A stretch of 55,467 nucleotides of DNA, the filler included, from Dimargaris cristalligena (Eukaryota), in NCBI GenBank assembly GCA_003614675.1. It is 2 parts of 2 records of this genome, joined end to end, with 100 filler letters (N's around TTAATTAATTAA, not from the genome) between each part and the next. Parts side by side here need not be neighbours in the genome. Positions count along the whole stretch, not along the records: positions 1 to 27,701 come from ML002512.1; 1 more part is not named here. One strand, given 5' to 3'. Below, in pieces: positions 1 to 10,973 of this stretch (position 1 is its first letter; the number at the start of each line of letters is the position of its first letter). Made by a program: the position numbers and the translations under genes. Below the pieces are notes generated by a model. It saw nothing but the letters and a program-made list of their open reading frames with translations, was not told the DNA's origin and made no database searches.

Positions 1-839
1 TAGGGGGGTAAGAATAAGCTGCTGTTTAACCAGTCCCAATGGGGGCCAGTTATATATATGTGGGGGACTACTCCAAAGGGAGGTCCCTTTGGAAGGTACT
101 ATTAAGACTACTAATGGGTAAACTAGCTAACTGGATGGTGTAGGGTATGGAAGACTTAGCTGGGAACTGGAAGTGTTGTTAGATCAGCCTAGGAGTAAAT
201 GGTGGGTTTTGGAGTTAAGAAGGAAAAGGGTTATATAATATGGAGGGATCCCATAGTACCAGGGGCAATTATGGGGAGATAATATAGCAATATAAGGCCT
301 AAGAGGGATGGCAATTATTAAGTCTGGATTTAGGTTAGATTAGCAGGGCTGATACTTTAAAAACCCACTTAATTATCTGACTAATAAACTCTACTCATTT
401 ACATTTGCTTATACAATACTATCATTAAGTTATAGCCAAAATCATTTTCTATGGCTAATATATTCCTCTTTGACTTAGTTGATAATAATTGCTATTACTG
501 AGGTTAATATTTCTATTGAATCACCAATTGCTTACTATAGGACCAGTCCACCTCTTGGAGGTTCTACAGTCATTCATAAAGGGGGTATTTTGCTGCTATT
601 CATCAAGTTACCAAATGCAGGCAGTAAGTCCAAATTAGGGTAGGTGGACCCACCTCTAATAAGAAGAGTAAATAACTAGATGGCTGATGGTTTTGCTAAT
701 CTCAAAACCAAGAACTACTTGGGAAGAAGGGGGGTTCCATTCATGTATATATTGTCTGCCTTTCCCATATTTTTTACCACAATCAGGCCAGCTTTTTTTA
801 TACAGAGGTACACTCAGTCTTCAGGTATGTGGCACCCAA
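1..839. other. CpG-free block, probable hypermutated repeat or transposon relic
   Basis: No CG dinucleotide from 1 to 839 (first CG at 840-841) although C and G are both common. No credible ORF. CpG is frequent in the rest of the window. The relic interpretation is inference. Confidence 0.55.
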
Positions 840-3092
840 CGGCATACCAAGCCTTTGTGTATTCATTACTAATGAAGTGCTCATACATTCACGCACATCC
901 CTATATATATACATATATATATATGGCTTACTGATGGTCTTGGCTTCCATACTTGGCTGTTGTACAGTGGCGTTGCTACAGCTTCCGCCATTTGTAATAC
1001 AGCGTTCCAAATTCATTCATTAGCCACCATGCTAATATATTTCCAACCACGTGAACTCCTAGCTACTCTTTTTGCCTAATTACATACCATTGACAATACA
1101 GGAAATACCGACTGGCATGGGTGAAAGAGGGGGTCATGGGTATATTTTATGAGTGTGTTTAGTTATAAGTACGAATTGCGGGAGGGTTAGCCCAAAAAAT
1201 ATAGCAGCTAACCGACAATAACAATAGAAAAAGCTGGGTCTCCATAAATATATATATATTTTGAACGCGCGATTTCGCCGGTTTAATTCTAGCAACGGCA
1301 GTCACAGGGTATCACTAATGAACAAGTGGAGATCACACCAATGACTGTAGTAGGGATAAAACCAGACCATTGCTTACAACTTAATGATGCGCCGATAACT
1401 AGGGGGATGAACCAGGGTTTGGCATGTGTTGGAAGTATTGGGCATCTGGAGGCCGCCACGCCCTGATCCAGACGGTTAAAAACGCTGTGTAAATCAGCCG
1501 CATTTTGTGCTTCCCCCCTTTTTTTGTTTCCAACAGGACACTCACTCCGTTGGGGTTTCTCCATTTTCAAACACACTAGAAGCTCCTTTCAATACTTCTA
1601 ATTATCCCCTCATCCAAAGGCCTGGCTGATTGTATTGGACGCCTCTAAAATAAAACGAAAACCTCCTCTCCTATGTACCGTTACTCCCAACAAATGCCCT
1701 TGGCTTAGTCAATCTCTTCCTTGCCAGAAAAGGCGAAAAGAAAGGAATAGGTAAATTAAAAAATGTGTGATACATGATCGTCAGCTGTTTTTCAGTACTC
1801 CTACTGGTCGTGGACAAGTCGCACAGTGGAAAGCCACACCTGCACTTTCGTTAGCTGTTATGCGTATCATCGTAAAATATACCTCAATCCATTGGAAAAA
1901 ACTGGCGGGTGAAAAGGGGGGTCATTCAGAATCGCCTCCTGTCATCAATTTCACTCTTTGGGTGTTTATGAGCGAAAGACATCGCCACGATGTAGGATTG
2001 GTAATATAATATACCTGATAAAATTTAGCGCATAGTGTAGCTTTAACCAATGGCCTTTGCTATACCAAGCGGATGTTACAAAGCTGAACTGCATATTTTC
2101 CATATACACTATAATGTATAAAAAAATAAAACTTAGCCATTACCTTTCTGATGACCCCTTCGGCCAATAATTACATGTACTACCGTTGCGAGGCCCGGCG
2201 ACACGTCAATCGTAGCCCACAAGAGTATCTTAATGGCTCTCTTGAGGGTTATCAGCCGCCCCTCGTTATTCCAACATCTGCAAACTAAGTTGACTTTGTA
2301 GGTTTGAGCCCCCTGCGGAATATCCAATCGTAAAATTACGTGAACGCATTAAATATGGGTGAGGAGTCTCCCGTTCCATTCCAATCACAATCACAATCAC
2401 AATATTCATGCCAAGTTTGCCACCTAGGACCAAAAAGAGTCTCACTAATAAAGACTTTGGTATTTATTATGGCCATTTCGACCATTATGGAGGAAGGGAC
2501 ACTTGGGTGTACATTGTATCACCATATCTGCTCAACCCCATTTGCCGAAGAATAATGCCGGTGTCCTTTTTTTCGCCCTCTATTAATGTATCGACTGGTA
2601 TTTTGCTTTCTCGCTCCCCTTCTCCCCCTCTCGTTCGGCCCTTTTCATAGTGGCTTGGGAGTGTGTAACACGCTAGGACAAATTGTGTTTCCCTCCCGGT
2701 TGGCTGTTAACAGGGCCTCGTCATGTGCCATGGAGCCTTGAAACTGATAACCCATTCGTCATGTCTGGACCTTATTATATAATCAACCGCCACCCACCTC
2801 ACCATATGCTCACTGATATTGTCCATACTACAGGCTCTTACCTTGGATACACGCCATATCAGCCTTTTGTATTTACATATCAGTGTTGAAGCGTGGGCTT
2901 ACTACTAGATTATATTTTCTCTACATTTACGAAGAATTTTTTCGCTGTATTATTCTGACGATTTGTTTAATTAGTCTTTCCCGAATCTCGGGTCGCATCT
3001 TTGCCCTTTGTTTATATATATATATATATACGGTTTGACGATATTTTCGCAACCTGCCACTTGAACTTATTTCGGCTCCGCTAACCCTCGCA

Positions 3093-3653
3093 ATGAAATT
3101 ATCCGCTTGTCGAGTCAGTCTAATGGGTCTTTCGGTGGCCCTCTGGTTCATGGCGTTTACCAGTGGAAACCCCATTTTGCCTGAGACCCTCCAGAAAATT
3201 ATCGATCGTGCCGGCCGGAAGCCCTCCTCTCGAGCCTTATCGTCGGAGCCTACTAATTCATCCCAGCCATTTCCCAAAAAAATCACGAATCTCTTGCGAA
3301 AGTTGACCGGTCCCCAGAAACCCAAGAAGAATTGGGTGGACAATCATGCCCCAATGACTATAAGTGCCGAACTAATGGGACTAGGGGTCGGCATGCTCGC
3401 TTCGGTCTCGTCTTCGGCTAATGGACCGCTTTGGTATAAATTCAAATATCTGGGGGGGACATATGAAACCCTGGTAGGTGCCTCAATGGTTGGATTTATT
3501 CTCACTAGGCTTGGCTATACTCCGCGAGTCGACTGGAACATTGTGGATTTCTTTTATGATCGCCTCCGTCCCATATATCCATACCCACACACATATATAG
3601 AACTGCCTATATCAAATAGTGAATCCAATTATTATCATATTGAAACACTCTAG
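3093..3653 (+). CDS. Small orphan protein with predicted signal peptide (secreted or membrane)
   Basis: MKLSACRVSLMGLSVALWFMAFTSG-NPI resembles a signal peptide and two hydrophobic stretches follow. The 3' end may be spliced via a GC-AG intron 3524-3653, giving ...LGYTPSALREQASSRHNNHH* ending at 3702. Confidence 0.55.
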   Translation: MKLSACRVSLMGLSVALWFMAFTSGNPILPETLQKIIDRAGRKPSSRALSSEPTNSSQPFPKKITNLLRKLTGPQKPKKNWVDNHAPMTISAELMGLGVGMLASVSSSANGPLWYKFKYLGGTYETLVGASMVGFILTRLGYTPRVDWNIVDFFYDRLRPIYPYPHTYIELPISNSESNYYHIETL

Positions 3654-3851
3654 GAGTGCCTTACGAGAGCAGGCTAGTTCTCGACATAATAACCACCACT
3701 AACCACCCCATTTGTTTTATTATTGGCACAATGAACTCCGGGCGAATTTGATAATGTCTTCCCACTTGCCTTTAATTAGATTGCCCGAGGCACCATCAGA
3801 GCCGCCCAATGGTCCGCCCACGAGACCGATAATCAAGCTACTACTCTGCAA

Positions 3852-6167
3852 ATGTTCACCCTATTTCTACGAACCCCGTTTCACACGACCATGGCCCAGA
3901 TGCTGGACGAATCCGCGGCCAATCCCGTTAAAGCGCGGGAGCACGGTCTCCTAACGGACGGCACTGAGCAGCCCGAAGAAGTCAAGGGGGATTTGGTCTG
4001 GGTGGAATATAACCCATCTGAGGTCAATTTTATCGAAGCCTATCCGTTGGCCTATGGCCTTTCCAAATTGAATCCCTACGTGTGGGGCCAAGCCATGGGG
4101 TACGCCTTTGCGGAGCACCGGCTGGTGGATATGTATGCGTTGACTTCGGTCCTCGGGGTCGGTACCCCAGCGCGTACCCAGTGGCTTAAAGAACACCAAG
4201 TCCTGCTCCCCTCGGAACAAACCGCGGCGACCCGGAGTTTCGGGGTCCTCACCCACGCCATGGCGTTGGCTCTGGGTCAGGCCTGGCGGGATGGCCACTA
4301 TACGGCCGTCAAGACGGCCATCCAGGGATTCCGGGCCGTCAGTCCGTCGCCCAAAGTGCTGATCGATGGCACCTTCGGCCGGTTTTCCCTGGCGAATGGG
4401 GATGGCACCAGTCCCGAAGCGGCCGATATGAAACTACACCAGTTGCTCGTATATCTAGCGGCCCAGGCCAACGAAGAAGAAGAGATGGTGGCTTTCGCCG
4501 GGGAACTGGACGATCTGACCCGGTCCTTTACGGAAAAAAATATTCGGTTGATCCGCGGTATGCTAAAGGGCTGTATCAGGGCCGAAAAATGGGAAAAGGC
4601 ATTCCGGAGACTGGATATCCTCTGGTCGGACAGCCCGGCTATGAAAATGAAACCGGTGTATTGTCACGAAAGTCTGTATTTAGCCGACAACCTCGACTTC
4701 ACTAATCGGAACCAGATTAAAATTCGGGTGGATCGCAAAGCCTGGGAACACGCCCAATTGGGACCGCTCCAGCAGGCCTCCTCCGAACAAGGATCATCAG
4801 GGATACGACCGGCCGTGGCCCCTCTGGCTCGCCAAGCGACAGATGAATCGCTGAGGGCCATCCAGGATAATTACGCCCGCATGTTTGATCAATCACCCAT
4901 CTCCCCGGCTAATATGTACCCCGCCGATAGTGATCCGGAAGAATTGACGGATGAGACCCATGACCTGGGCAGACGGTTGACCTCCATGTCGCTACATCCT
5001 CTTCGACGGGTGCCCCCTGTCGACCAGCAATGGAGGCCAACGCATGGACCTAGCCAGCATAACCACCAGTGTGAAGGCGGTATATGTACGTACATGCCGA
5101 TTCGCTCGATGGCACCGTTTACTCCATTACCGGCGATCCCGGTGCCCCAAAGGGTGCCCCATCTTGACTCGGGATATATCAGATCCAGGCCGCCGGGTAG
5201 CAACGATGCCGAGTCGGAAGTACTGCCGGCTAGCTACCAATCCCAAGGAGCGTCGGATATGGTTTGGGGCTGGCTGGAAAATTTACATGACAGTAATTTT
5301 GACGAGAATGCGCCCGTTGACCAGCAGTATCGTAGGGAGGAGAACCATCTGCCCAGTACTTCGGCGCGGGCCCGTGAAGCTGTCACTAACAGTGAGTACA
5401 CCATGGCCACTGAAAATAGCCTCACCGACCCGGCCAACTCCAGCTTTTCGTCCAGTCCCGGAGTTGCGTCTGAGCCAAGGGGCCAGCGGCTAACCCACAA
5501 TGAACCCCGGCAGGAGCCGAGTGTGTCCCCGAACTCCTGGCTCAGTCGAACCCCCTACCAAGCGGGGGCAGTGGGACTAAACTCCAACAAGAACCATTAC
5601 GACCACCACCAACCCGGTGGCAAATCATCGTCCAATGAAGTTACCTCTCAGTTTGATGGCACGCCGCAGGCCAACCACCCTAACCACCGCGATAACGAGG
5701 CCCATAGTATCGCCGGGACTAACTTTTGGGATCGTTCACTGGATCAGGACCGCACTCATGGCATGGCTTACGAGGGCTCAGACGTCATATTTCCCTCGGC
5801 AGCTCGGCCCTCAATTACCGATGTCCACTCTAACCCATTCGATTGGTTTCGGTTAACCGGCGATTTAGCTCAAGACCCCTTGCAACAACTGCCGCCATGG
5901 ACGCTCGGCGGCGTTAACGAGTGGGAGGGATGGCCCAGTTATACCAACAGATATGCTGATCTCCAGTCGGAATTGGAGAGCGAGGTGGAGCGGTACGGAG
6001 TCAATAATAATGATCAGTCGACCCCCGAGAGCGGGACTAACCAGGAGGCCTCGGGGGACTCAGATACTCCGGCTAACCAGCTATCACCATCTCACTTATG
6101 GCCGCCGGCCTGGAATCGTCGTCAGGAGCCATCCATTCAGTCGGAGACGCTCTCCTCAGTTGCTTAA
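3852..6167 (+). CDS. Uncharacterised 771-aa protein: helical N-terminal domain plus long S/P/Q/N-rich tail
   Basis: 2.3-kb uninterrupted ORF with GC-rich, gene-like codon usage. No family motif recognised. The start may be the second ATG at 3891. Confidence 0.8.
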   Translation: MFTLFLRTPFHTTMAQMLDESAANPVKAREHGLLTDGTEQPEEVKGDLVWVEYNPSEVNFIEAYPLAYGLSKLNPYVWGQAMGYAFAEHRLVDMYALTSVLGVGTPARTQWLKEHQVLLPSEQTAATRSFGVLTHAMALALGQAWRDGHYTAVKTAIQGFRAVSPSPKVLIDGTFGRFSLANGDGTSPEAADMKLHQLLVYLAAQANEEEEMVAFAGELDDLTRSFTEKNIRLIRGMLKGCIRAEKWEKAFRRLDILWSDSPAMKMKPVYCHESLYLADNLDFTNRNQIKIRVDRKAWEHAQLGPLQQASSEQGSSGIRPAVAPLARQATDESLRAIQDNYARMFDQSPISPANMYPADSDPEELTDETHDLGRRLTSMSLHPLRRVPPVDQQWRPTHGPSQHNHQCEGGICTYMPIRSMAPFTPLPAIPVPQRVPHLDSGYIRSRPPGSNDAESEVLPASYQSQGASDMVWGWLENLHDSNFDENAPVDQQYRREENHLPSTSARAREAVTNSEYTMATENSLTDPANSSFSSSPGVASEPRGQRLTHNEPRQEPSVSPNSWLSRTPYQAGAVGLNSNKNHYDHHQPGGKSSSNEVTSQFDGTPQANHPNHRDNEAHSIAGTNFWDRSLDQDRTHGMAYEGSDVIFPSAARPSITDVHSNPFDWFRLTGDLAQDPLQQLPPWTLGGVNEWEGWPSYTNRYADLQSELESEVERYGVNNNDQSTPESGTNQEASGDSDTPANQLSPSHLWPPAWNRRQEPSIQSETLSSVA

Positions 6168-7116
6168 AATTTTCCCCTACCCTTCTGGCCAGTGGAACCG
6201 GGAGAGTAAGGACGCCCTTGGCAAATAACAACAATGGCCCACATTTAACACAGGATATCATATTTTAAAAAAAGCGGCACTGGTCTTGAATTACTGGGTG
6301 ATCTCATACCGGTGCTTTAAAATTACTTACATACTATTTATCTACCGGTTTACTCGGCTTCTTTACAAATCCAATACTTTCAGCTTATAGCTTGCACTAT
6401 CGTGGCCCTTTCCTAAGAGTCACGTTTGCTGGGCAACCCATATATCAATCAAGGCATGTTTTTATAAAAGAAAACCACCATTGATTTGGCTATGGGCTAT
6501 AGATTTCAACTGGGGAGGGTAGAGAGAGTTCCAGCGGAAAATAAATGGTATGCTACATAATATTAAAATTGTGAATAGCATGAGTTTCCACGGGAAATCC
6601 CCACTCCCATTTACAGGTGGGTAGAGTGGCTTACCGAATGACAGGGCGCCTGGGCTTAGTAAGTTAAGGTCCTCTCCCCAGCTGCCGTTCCCAGGGTTAG
6701 GCTTTGGGAGAGAAGCTGAGTCCCCCCCGCATCCTGAAACCTTCGTTCAGCTCCTCCTTCACCTTCACCCCTTCGTCACTTGAACTTCCAGTTCGGGATT
6801 CTTTAGACTCTCCATTACGCTGCCCACCACTTACTTACTAGCCTGCTCGCCTGCCTGTAGATTACTTACTGTTCAACTTCTTGTATATTCAACATTCCAA
6901 AGTATACTATTTACCTCGCATTATCCCATTTCGACCTTCTAATTGTCACACCTACCCGGGTTTTCCTTTCCCCCATATTAATTAGGCGTGTCTTCCATCG
7001 CTACTTGTTCGATTCCCTGCGAAGTATACAGTTCTTTTGATACCACCCTCCCATATATTTCTTATTCCCCGCATCTTGCCATTCAACTGCTTACCCACCG
7101 ACAAAAATCCTCTGCC

Positions 7117-8564
7117 ATGGACTTTAGCGATTTCGACGGAACCGGGAACAACGGTAGAGCCGCATCCGGCGGGTTCGGCGGTTTCCACAGCTGGCTGGGC
7201 GGCCCCGGCATGCTATCCAACCAAACCTTCGAGGAGCATTTCCGGTGCTACCCCGTCATCATGATGGATTCCCCCCAGGCCCGGGACAACGCCAGCTACG
7301 GCGGTAAACTGATCCTGCCCCCCTCCGCCCTCGATAAACTCACCCGGCTTAACATCATGTACCCCATGCTGTTCGAACTGGAGGCGGAGCTTCCGCCGAC
7401 CGCCGCTTCCGCTCCTGGGGACCAGTCGGGACCCCCCCTGCCTACCGTGCGCCGTACCAATGCGGGGGTCCTCGAATTCACGGCGGAAGAAGGTCGGGCG
7501 TATTTGCCCCAGTGGATGATGCAGTCCTTGGGGATTGAACCGGGCGCCATTGTCAAAATCACCAACACCAGTTTACCCCTGGGCCGGTTCGTCAAAATCC
7601 AACCCCAATCGGTCGATTTCCTGGATATCAGCGATCCCCGCGCGGTCCTCGAGAATGCCCTGCGTCACTTCGCGACTCTGACGGAGGGCGATACCATCAC
7701 CATCAGTTACAACGCTAAACTGTACGATATTAAGGTGTTGGAGACCAAACCAGCGGGTAAGGGGATTTGTATCGTGGAGACGGATCTGGAGGTGGATTTC
7801 GCAGCCCCCGTGGGGTACGTGGAACCGACGCCCCTGGCGAAACAGGGCAAGGCTCCGGGAAATACCGGAGGCCGCTTCGGTCAAGTGGCTTCCATGGCCG
7901 AAGAAGTGCTGGGTGCCCATCCGCGGGGAGCGGCGGCGGCCATGACGGGTGAGGGATCCGGGGGGGACCAGAGCGGCGAAGGGGGATGGGCGGCGTTCCA
8001 GGGAGGTGGTAACAAACTCAATAGCCGGACCAGTGCGAAAGCGGCGGGCAAACGGCCCGAGACGGCATCCGACCCGGTGGTACCTACGACGCCGGCCCCA
8101 ACTTCGTCTATACAGACCCAATCAGGGGCCGATTCTGCCCCAGCTCCGCTCATCTTACCCTTTGGGCAATTGTTTTTCGGACTCCAAGTCGGTGAGAAGA
8201 AACCCACAAAGGATCAGGTAAGTTATGACCATCTAACTATATATCTCTACATCTATGACCCCATGCTAGGGAGATGGGAATGGGCTCGTTTGCCAGGTTT
8301 ATCTTGTATATATTTCTGGGCGGGATTGTACTAACTTTTCTGGTATGGACAACTATATATTATTATTATTATTTTTAAATAATAACATCAATAATGGTTC
8401 GGGTTATTATCTAGACCGAGCATATTGAAGTATTTTCGGGAACGGGCAACACATTGAAGGGCAAACGGCCCAAGGCACCCGCTACCTCTAACACGCCGGA
8501 GCCTGAACCACCCAAGCCCCAGCCGAAAGCAACAGGCAGCACAGGGCGGCGACTTTGTGATTAA
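7117..8564 (+). CDS. UFD1: Ubiquitin fusion degradation protein 1 (Cdc48/p97 cofactor), 2 exons, ~416 aa
   Basis: Exons 7117-8217 and 8415-8564 (CAG|GTAAGT...CTAG). Motifs GGKLILPPSALDKL, GVLEFTAEEG, FLDISDPRAVLENALR and DLEVDFAAPVGYVEP. SHP-like boxes FQGGGNKL and FSGTGNTL, the second only after splicing. Confidence 0.95.
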
Positions 8565-9230
8565 ACGGCGTTGAAAGTGTAGAACAACTAGGCCACCAGT
8601 GGAGTTATTGATTCTACATTCCCTTTTTTTTTCCATCGAGTTGGAGGGTTTTAGATTCTACCATTGCCATGCCTATCATTTGTACGATATCTCCACATTT
8701 GCCTCGGGCTGTGGTGAACCCTCCCAATAAAGACAAGTATGTCCTTACTGCCATACCCGCTGTGCTTCTTGAAAATGAGCGAGGCCATCGTCTTGTTTAT
8801 AAGAGTGGATGTAATATTGGTGATCACCATGGTAATATTTTCAGCCATTCCTTTGCACCTTATAATTGGAATGCACAGCAGCCCACTGGCCCTTGCACAT
8901 ATAAAAAAGTTATCAGGGGGACTCACTACATCGCTCAGTTATGAGCCCAGTAAGTGGGTTGGGAAGTTAACGGATATCTAGTTTATTACATCAACAGGAA
9001 GAGGTGGTCGATGGATTACGGAGCCCCTGTGGCGAGATGGGCCACTCTACAAGTAGTGAAGCGAAGCTACCGATTATAAGGGTAATCAAAACCGTACTAA
9101 AAATAACGATACCCCCCTCCAAAAAGGAGGATGAGTAAGAAGTGGTATTATATATTGCCCCAAAACAGGCAAGAAATTGAAAAAAAAAAATCAAACGCGA
9201 TGGCCAAAGATAGTATTTTCTATCACAACT

Positions 9231-10973
9231 TTATGAGCGACGGGGACAGTTGATCATGGCGGTACGGCTAACGCCCACACCAATGTAATCGATGGGCACA
9301 CCAAGATAGTTCTCGGTGAAACGGACGTATTCCTGGGCCTGGACGGGAAGTTCCTCGAAAGTACGACAGTTTGAAATGTCGGACTGCCAGCCAGGCAGAG
9401 TTTCGTAGACCACTTCAACTTCGGCCAGGGTAGATAGGCTAGCCGGGAACGAATCCAGCAGCTCACCAGGCTGACCGTTTTGGGCAGGCAGGCGGTAACC
9501 AGTGGCCACCTTAATTTCGGCAAACCCATCGAGGACGTCCAATTTGGTCAGGTTGAGAGAGGTGTAGCCGTTGACCATGTGGGAGTACTTGAGGAGGACC
9601 AGGTCCAACCAACCACAGCGGCGTTTACGGCCAGTGGTGGTACCGTACTCATGGCCGACGTCTTGGAGGGTTTCGCCGACAGAGTTGAGCTGCTCGGTGG
9701 GGAATGGACCTTCACCAACTCGGGTGGTGTAAGCCTTGACGACTCCGATCACGTCACCGATCCGGTTAGGCGGGACACCCAGGCCGGTACAGACACCCGC
9801 CACACCGGTGTTGGAACTGGTGACGAAAGGGTACGTACCGAAATCAATGTCAAGCATGATGGCGTTGGCACCCTCGACCAGGATGTTCTTACCCTGCTGG
9901 AGAGACGCATGCATGTAGGTGACGGAGTCCACAACCATGGGCTTCAATTTGGCAGCCAGTTGGCGGTAGCGTTTAAGTTCGGCCTCGACGTCGTAGTCAA
10001 ACTGGCCGTAACGCTTGAAGCGGTTCGCCACAATACTACGCAGGCGACTTTCAAAGACGTCGTCTTCGTACAAGTGGTGTACACGGATACCGGAGCGACT
10101 GGCCTTGGAAGAGTAAGCCGGTCCAATACCCTTCTTGGTGGTACCAATACTGCCGCGGCCCAGTTCGACTTCCTTGATGCCATCCACAATTTGATGGAAA
10201 TCAAATACCAAATGGGCCCGGTCGGATACAAAAATGCGACCCTCGCAGTTGAGACCCTTGGCTTCAAGATTGGCGATTTCCTCGAAGAACGAGGGTAGGT
10301 GAATGACCAGACCATTGCCCAATAGGGTGGTGCACGTGGGACTGATCAGACCCGATGGGATCAGGTGAAAATCGTACTTGACTCCATCCACCACGATGGT
10401 ATGGCCTGCATTGTTGCCACCCTATCAATTTACCAGTATATTAAGGGAGAAAGGAGGGGTAGTGTATGAAAGAAAGGTGAGTATGTGTGTGCATGGGGGG
10501 GGGAGAGGAGAGAGGATGGGAGAACTAAGGCGGGAATTGGTGGGAGGAAAATGGGTGAAATTGGGTGGTAGCGAATGGGGAGGAAATAATAAGGGCCAGT
10601 GGTTGTCCTGCTTATAGGCCCCTCTCATTAAACGACCAGGCCACCCAATAGGTCCAGCTGAAACCTAAGTAAGTACACTCGGTCAGACTAGGAACCAGGG
10701 TGGCCAAGGGAAAAAAGGTCAGCAATGACCTCTATAGATCCGGAGCAGGGGGTATAGTTGAGTGCAGCCAAGTAACCCCCCATTTCCAAACAACGACACT
10801 ATTGCCAAAAATAGACCACTAGGAGTGGCTGGGAACTGGACACTTACCTGGCAACGCGCACAAATGTCAGCCTTCTGGGCGAGCATGTCGACCAGTTTGC
10901 CTTTGCCTTCGTCACCCCACTGGGCTCCGACAACAACGGATAACTTATCGACCTTGCTGGTAGATACAGTCAT
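9231..10973 (-). CDS. ADE12: Adenylosuccinate synthetase, 2 exons, ~438 aa
   Basis: Exons 10973-10848 and 10421-9231. The 426-nt intron joins ...[12 protein letters not shown]. Motifs [48 protein letters not shown] and LTKLDVL. Confidence 0.98.
10607..10749 (-). other. Long imperfect hairpin inside the ADE12 intron
   Basis: Nested complementary blocks in + coordinates: CCTGCT 10607/AGCAGG 10744, TATAG/CTATA, TCATT/AATGA, GACC/GGTC, GGCCACCC 10639/GGGTGGCC 10698, CTGA/TCAG and an apical stem. Folded by eye only. Confidence 0.6.

Noticed and set aside
6988-8334. 448-aa ORF-track version of UFD1
   Set aside because: It uses a GTG start in the leader and reads into the intron. The spliced model restores the C-terminal SHP box.
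9480-10298. 272-aa ORF antisense to ADE12
   Set aside because: Shadow ORF explained by strong codon bias in the sense gene; no recognisable motifs.
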